From Eubacteriales bacterium (GTDB taxonomy: Bacteria; Bacillota; Clostridia; Oscillospirales; CAG-382): a stretch of DNA of 40,454 nucleotides. Made by a program: the position numbers and the translations under genes. The notes beneath the pieces were generated by a model. The model made no database searches. It was not told where the DNA came from and saw only the letters and a program-made list of their open reading frames with translations. Of this stretch, positions 37,534-40,454 are shown piece by piece (within the stretch, counting starts at the first letter, position 1; the number at the start of each line of letters is the position of its first letter). Location of the stretch: assembly GCA_045651025.1 (NCBI GenBank), contig JAZRRU010000077.1, positions 1 through 40,454 on the forward strand, read 5' to 3'.

Positions 37534-37580
37534 GAAGAAACGCCTCATTTCTGCTCGTTTTTCTCGAAAAAATCCTGTTT

Positions 37581-38657
37581 TCAGATCGTCGCTTCGCAAT
37601 AAGCACAGTGCAAGCCTCCGTCATCCGAGGTCTTCACAGCCAAGGGCTTCAATTCCCTCTCGGAATTCGAGATGCAGCGGTGGTTCGGGCAACGGTCGAT
37701 CTCTACCTTTTCCCTATTCTCACAAGCACGCGCAGGGTTATTTTCGGCTTCTTCGAGAAGCTTCAAGATCAACGCTTTTCTTCCGTTTTTGCCGTTTGCG
37801 ACCTGCTTGAAATAGCAAGCGCGGGGATCGGCATCGACAGCAACGGTGATCTCGTCAACACGAGGAAGCGGATGGAGAATGATCATGTCCGATTTTGCGG
37901 TTTTGAGCTTTTCGGGATCAAGGACATAGCATCCCTTCAAGCGTTCGTACTCAGCACGATCGTCAAAGCGTTCTTCCTGAATACGGGTCATATAGAGTAT
38001 ATCAAGCTCAGGCATAGCCGATTCGAGAGAATCGGTCTCCGTAAACGACATACCGTTTTTCTCGACCACGTTCTTTTTGAAATACTCGGGAAGCTCCAGC
38101 TCCTTCGGAGAGATGAGAACGAGCTTGATGCCCGTATATCTCGAAAGGGCGGAAATAAGCGAATGAACGGGGCGTCCGTACTTCAAGTCGCCGCAGAATC
38201 CGACGGTAAGGTTATCGAATCGACCCTTTTCGCGGTAGATCGTAACGAGGTCCGCGAGCGTCTGAGTCGGGTGCGCGTGACCGCCGTCGCCTGCGTTGAT
38301 AACGGGAACGTCGGAGTTAAGAGACGCAACGTAGGGCGCGCCCTCGAGAGGATGACGCATAGCGATTATATCAGCATAGCAGTTGACAACACGTGCGGTG
38401 TCGGCAATCGTCTCGCCTTTTGAAGCAGATGTGTTTCTCGCATCCGAAAAACCGATCACGCTTCCGCCGAGCTCGAGCATAGCCGCCTCAAAGCTCAAGC
38501 GGGTACGGGTAGACGGCTCGAAAAAGAGAGTTGCGAGTTTTTTGCCTTTACAGCATTCGCTGTACTTCTTCGGATTTTCAATAATATCGCACGCTTTTTT
38601 TACGAGTTCATCAAGTTCCTCAACGGAAAGGTCGAGGATATCGATCACGCTTCTCAT
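37581..38657 (-). CDS. pyrB: Aspartate carbamoyltransferase catalytic chain with fused C-terminal PyrI-type Zn domain
   Basis: [36 protein letters not shown] and HPLPR, followed by CPNHRCISN...HCAYCE. Confidence 0.95.
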   Translation of the reverse strand: MRSVIDILDLSVEELDELVKKACDIIENPKKYSECCKGKKLATLFFEPSTRTRLSFEAAMLELGGSVIGFSDARNTSASKGETIADTARVVNCYADIIAMRHPLEGAPYVASLNSDVPVINAGDGGHAHPTQTLADLVTIYREKGRFDNLTVGFCGDLKYGRPVHSLISALSRYTGIKLVLISPKELELPEYFKKNVVEKNGMSFTETDSLESAMPELDILYMTRIQEERFDDRAEYERLKGCYVLDPEKLKTAKSDMIILHPLPRVDEITVAVDADPRACYFKQVANGKNGRKALILKLLEEAENNPARACENREKVEIDRCPNHRCISNSERELKPLAVKTSDDGGLHCAYCEATI

Positions 38658-39310
38658 ATTTTTGCTCCGTTTACCTCGAGGTATTTTTTGATACGGTCAA
38701 CGTTTTCTCTGTTCGACTCGTCTTCCTCGAGATATTCGATAATATCGTAAACGTCAACGACCGAGTAAACGGGGAATCCGAATTCGTCCGATACTTCCTG
38801 CATAGCGGATTTTTCGGTCTTGCCCTTTTCTTTTCTGTCAACCATAACGAAGGTTGCGGCAACCTTTACGCCCTCAAGTCCCGAAAGGATAGCCATGCTT
38901 TCGCGGATTGCGGTGCCTGCAGTGATAACGTCTTCGACGATGACGACTTCCTCGCCCGATTTCGGAACGTAGCCGACGAAAACGCCGCCCTCGCCGTGGT
39001 CCTTCGCTTCCTTACGGTTGAAGAAGAAAGGAACGTCGAGACCCTCTTTCGAAAGTGCTATCGAAGAAGAAACAGCGATGGAAATGCCTTTGTATGCAGG
39101 ACCGTAAAGAACGGTGCGTTTTTCACCGATCTTTTCGAAATATGCTTTTGCGTAAAATTCGCCGAGCTTTGCGATCTGGTCGCCGGTTTTTATATCGCAC
39201 GCGTTGATGAAATAAGGAATCTTTCTTCCGCTTTTTGCGGTGAAATCACCGAACTTCAAAACACCTGCGTTCTGCAAAAATTCAATAAATTCTCTTTTAT
39301 ATGCTTGCAT
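38654..39310 (-). CDS. pyrE: Orotate phosphoribosyltransferase
   Basis: [31 protein letters not shown] and [10 protein letters not shown]. Confidence 0.96.
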   Translation of the reverse strand: MQAYKREFIEFLQNAGVLKFGDFTAKSGRKIPYFINACDIKTGDQIAKLGEFYAKAYFEKIGEKRTVLYGPAYKGISIAVSSSIALSKEGLDVPFFFNRKEAKDHGEGGVFVGYVPKSGEEVVIVEDVITAGTAIRESMAILSGLEGVKVAATFVMVDRKEKGKTEKSAMQEVSDEFGFPVYSVVDVYDIIEYLEEDESNRENVDRIKKYLEVNGAKI

Positions 39311-39321
39311 TTTTATTCTCC

Positions 39322-40020
39322 TTAATCAACAAATTCGGCAAGGCAACGTTCGTAAGCCGCAACGGGGTCTTCTGCCGCAGTGATCGGTCTTCCGACAACT
39401 ATATAGTCGGAGCCGATGCGTTTTGCCTCAGCGGGAGTCATAACGCGCTTCTGGTCGCCGATATCACCGTCTGCAAAGCGAACACCGGGGGTAACCGTAA
39501 GGAATTCCTTTCCGCAGGTATCGTGAACCTTACCTGCTTCAAGAGGAGAGCACACTACGCCGTCAAGTCCTGCTTTTTTTGCGTTCTCTGCATAGTGCAT
39601 AACGACTTTATCGATCGGTTCTTTGATGAGAAGGTCGTTCTCCATGCTTTCCTGATCGGTGGAGGTGAGCTGAGTTACAGCGATAAGGAGAGGACGGGTT
39701 CCGTCGGGACGGGTCAAGCCCTCGAGCGCGCCCTGCATCATGCGGACAGTACCTGCCGCGTGAAGGTTCGTCATATCAACGTCGAGGCGCGAGAGCACTG
39801 CCATCGATTTTTTTACGGTGTTGGGGATATCGTGAAGCTTGAGGTCGAGGAATATTTTATGACCTCTTGCTTTGAGCTCACGGACGATTGCAGGTCCTTC
39901 GGCATAGAAAAGCTCCATACCGATCTTTACGAACGGTTTTTTACCCGTGAATTTATCGAGAAACGCAAAAGTCTGTTCCGCGCTCGAAAAATCGCAGGCG
40001 ATGATTACATCCTTACCCAT
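39322..40020 (-). CDS. pyrF: Orotidine-5'-phosphate decarboxylase
   Basis: FLDLKLHDIPNTV, VTQLTS, TPGVR, DQKR and VGRPIT. Confidence 0.97.
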   Translation of the reverse strand: MGKDVIIACDFSSAEQTFAFLDKFTGKKPFVKIGMELFYAEGPAIVRELKARGHKIFLDLKLHDIPNTVKKSMAVLSRLDVDMTNLHAAGTVRMMQGALEGLTRPDGTRPLLIAVTQLTSTDQESMENDLLIKEPIDKVVMHYAENAKKAGLDGVVCSPLEAGKVHDTCGKEFLTVTPGVRFADGDIGDQKRVMTPAEAKRIGSDYIVVGRPITAAEDPVAAYERCLAEFVD

Positions 40021-40454
40021 TATTTTGCCACTCCTATTATATCTTTAAGATTTTCAATTCTGTATTTTTCCATAACGGCAGGAAGATCCTCGACGATCTT
40101 CTTGCACACGAACGGATCGACGAGGTTTGCCGCGCCGACTTCAACAGCGGTCGCGCCTGCAAGCATCATCTCGATAACGTCTTCCGCACTGCTCACACCG
40201 CCCATACCAACGACGGGGATATCAACGGCGTTAGACACCTGATAAACCATACGAAGTGCTACGGGGAAAATTGCTTTTCCCGAGAAACCGCCCATTTTGT
40301 TGGCGATTATCGGCTTTTTCGTACGGAGATCGATGCGCATACCGAGCATCGTGTTTATAAGACTGATACCCTCTGCGCCCGCAGATTCACACGCCTTTGC
40401 AATCGAAACGATATCGGTAACGTTCGGGGAAAGTTTTATGATGACCGGCTTCGT
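40020..40454 (-). CDS. pyrD: Dihydroorotate dehydrogenase family 1 catalytic subunit (5' end outside the window)
   Basis: The frame stays open to the window edge: KLSPNVTDI...SLINT..GM, GGFSG.AI.P, GMGGV and AGA.AV.VG.A. Confidence 0.93.
   Translation of the reverse strand, partial: TKPVIIKLSPNVTDIVSIAKACESAGAEGISLINTMLGMRIDLRTKKPIIANKMGGFSGKAIFPVALRMVYQVSNAVDIPVVGMGGVSSAEDVIEMMLAGATAVEVGAANLVDPFVCKKIVEDLPAVMEKYRIENLKDIIGVAK

Noticed and set aside
1-40454. CRISPR array, prophage, IS element, integrase or defence system
   Set aside because: No regularly spaced repeats or mobile-element genes were seen; nearly all coding space is assigned to housekeeping genes. The CPBP/Abi protease name does not by itself imply phage defence.

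Overview
A housekeeping segment from a Clostridia-class Firmicute; the Oscillospirales/Ruminococcaceae-like placement is my inference from gene content and sigma-A promoters. From left to right it holds tRNA-Leu(CAA), a CPBP/Abi membrane protease, a nadA-nadB-nadC-niaR operon (nadB broken by a 1-nt frameshift), tRNA-Thr(CGT), an IT-superfamily permease, hpt, cca, a GHL10 lipoprotein, glyA, a GNAT and a cmk-like kinase. The minus strand then carries a reduced dcw cluster (mraZ-rsmH-ftsL-PBP-murF-mraY-ftsW-murG-ftsQ-ftsZ, with no ftsA, murE or murD), a purE-C-F-M-N-IMPcyclohydrolase-purH-D-L-fhs operon behind a clear ZMP/ZTP riboswitch, and the distal pyr genes (pyrD partial, pyrF, pyrE, pyrB). 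I found no CRISPR array, prophage, transposase or defence system, and I cannot honestly claim a wholly new system. The most notable signals are: (1) a 72-bp three-hairpin intergenic repeat in two copies with base-pair covariation; (2) a PurF whose glutaminase site is eroded; (3) PyrB fused to only the Zn domain of PyrI; (4) a cytidylate kinase-like protein with a possible degenerate ParB/Srx tail; (5) an FtsZ lacking the DIPxFL anchor motif with no adjacent ftsA. Several single-base changes at normally conserved residues suggest the assembly may contain consensus errors.
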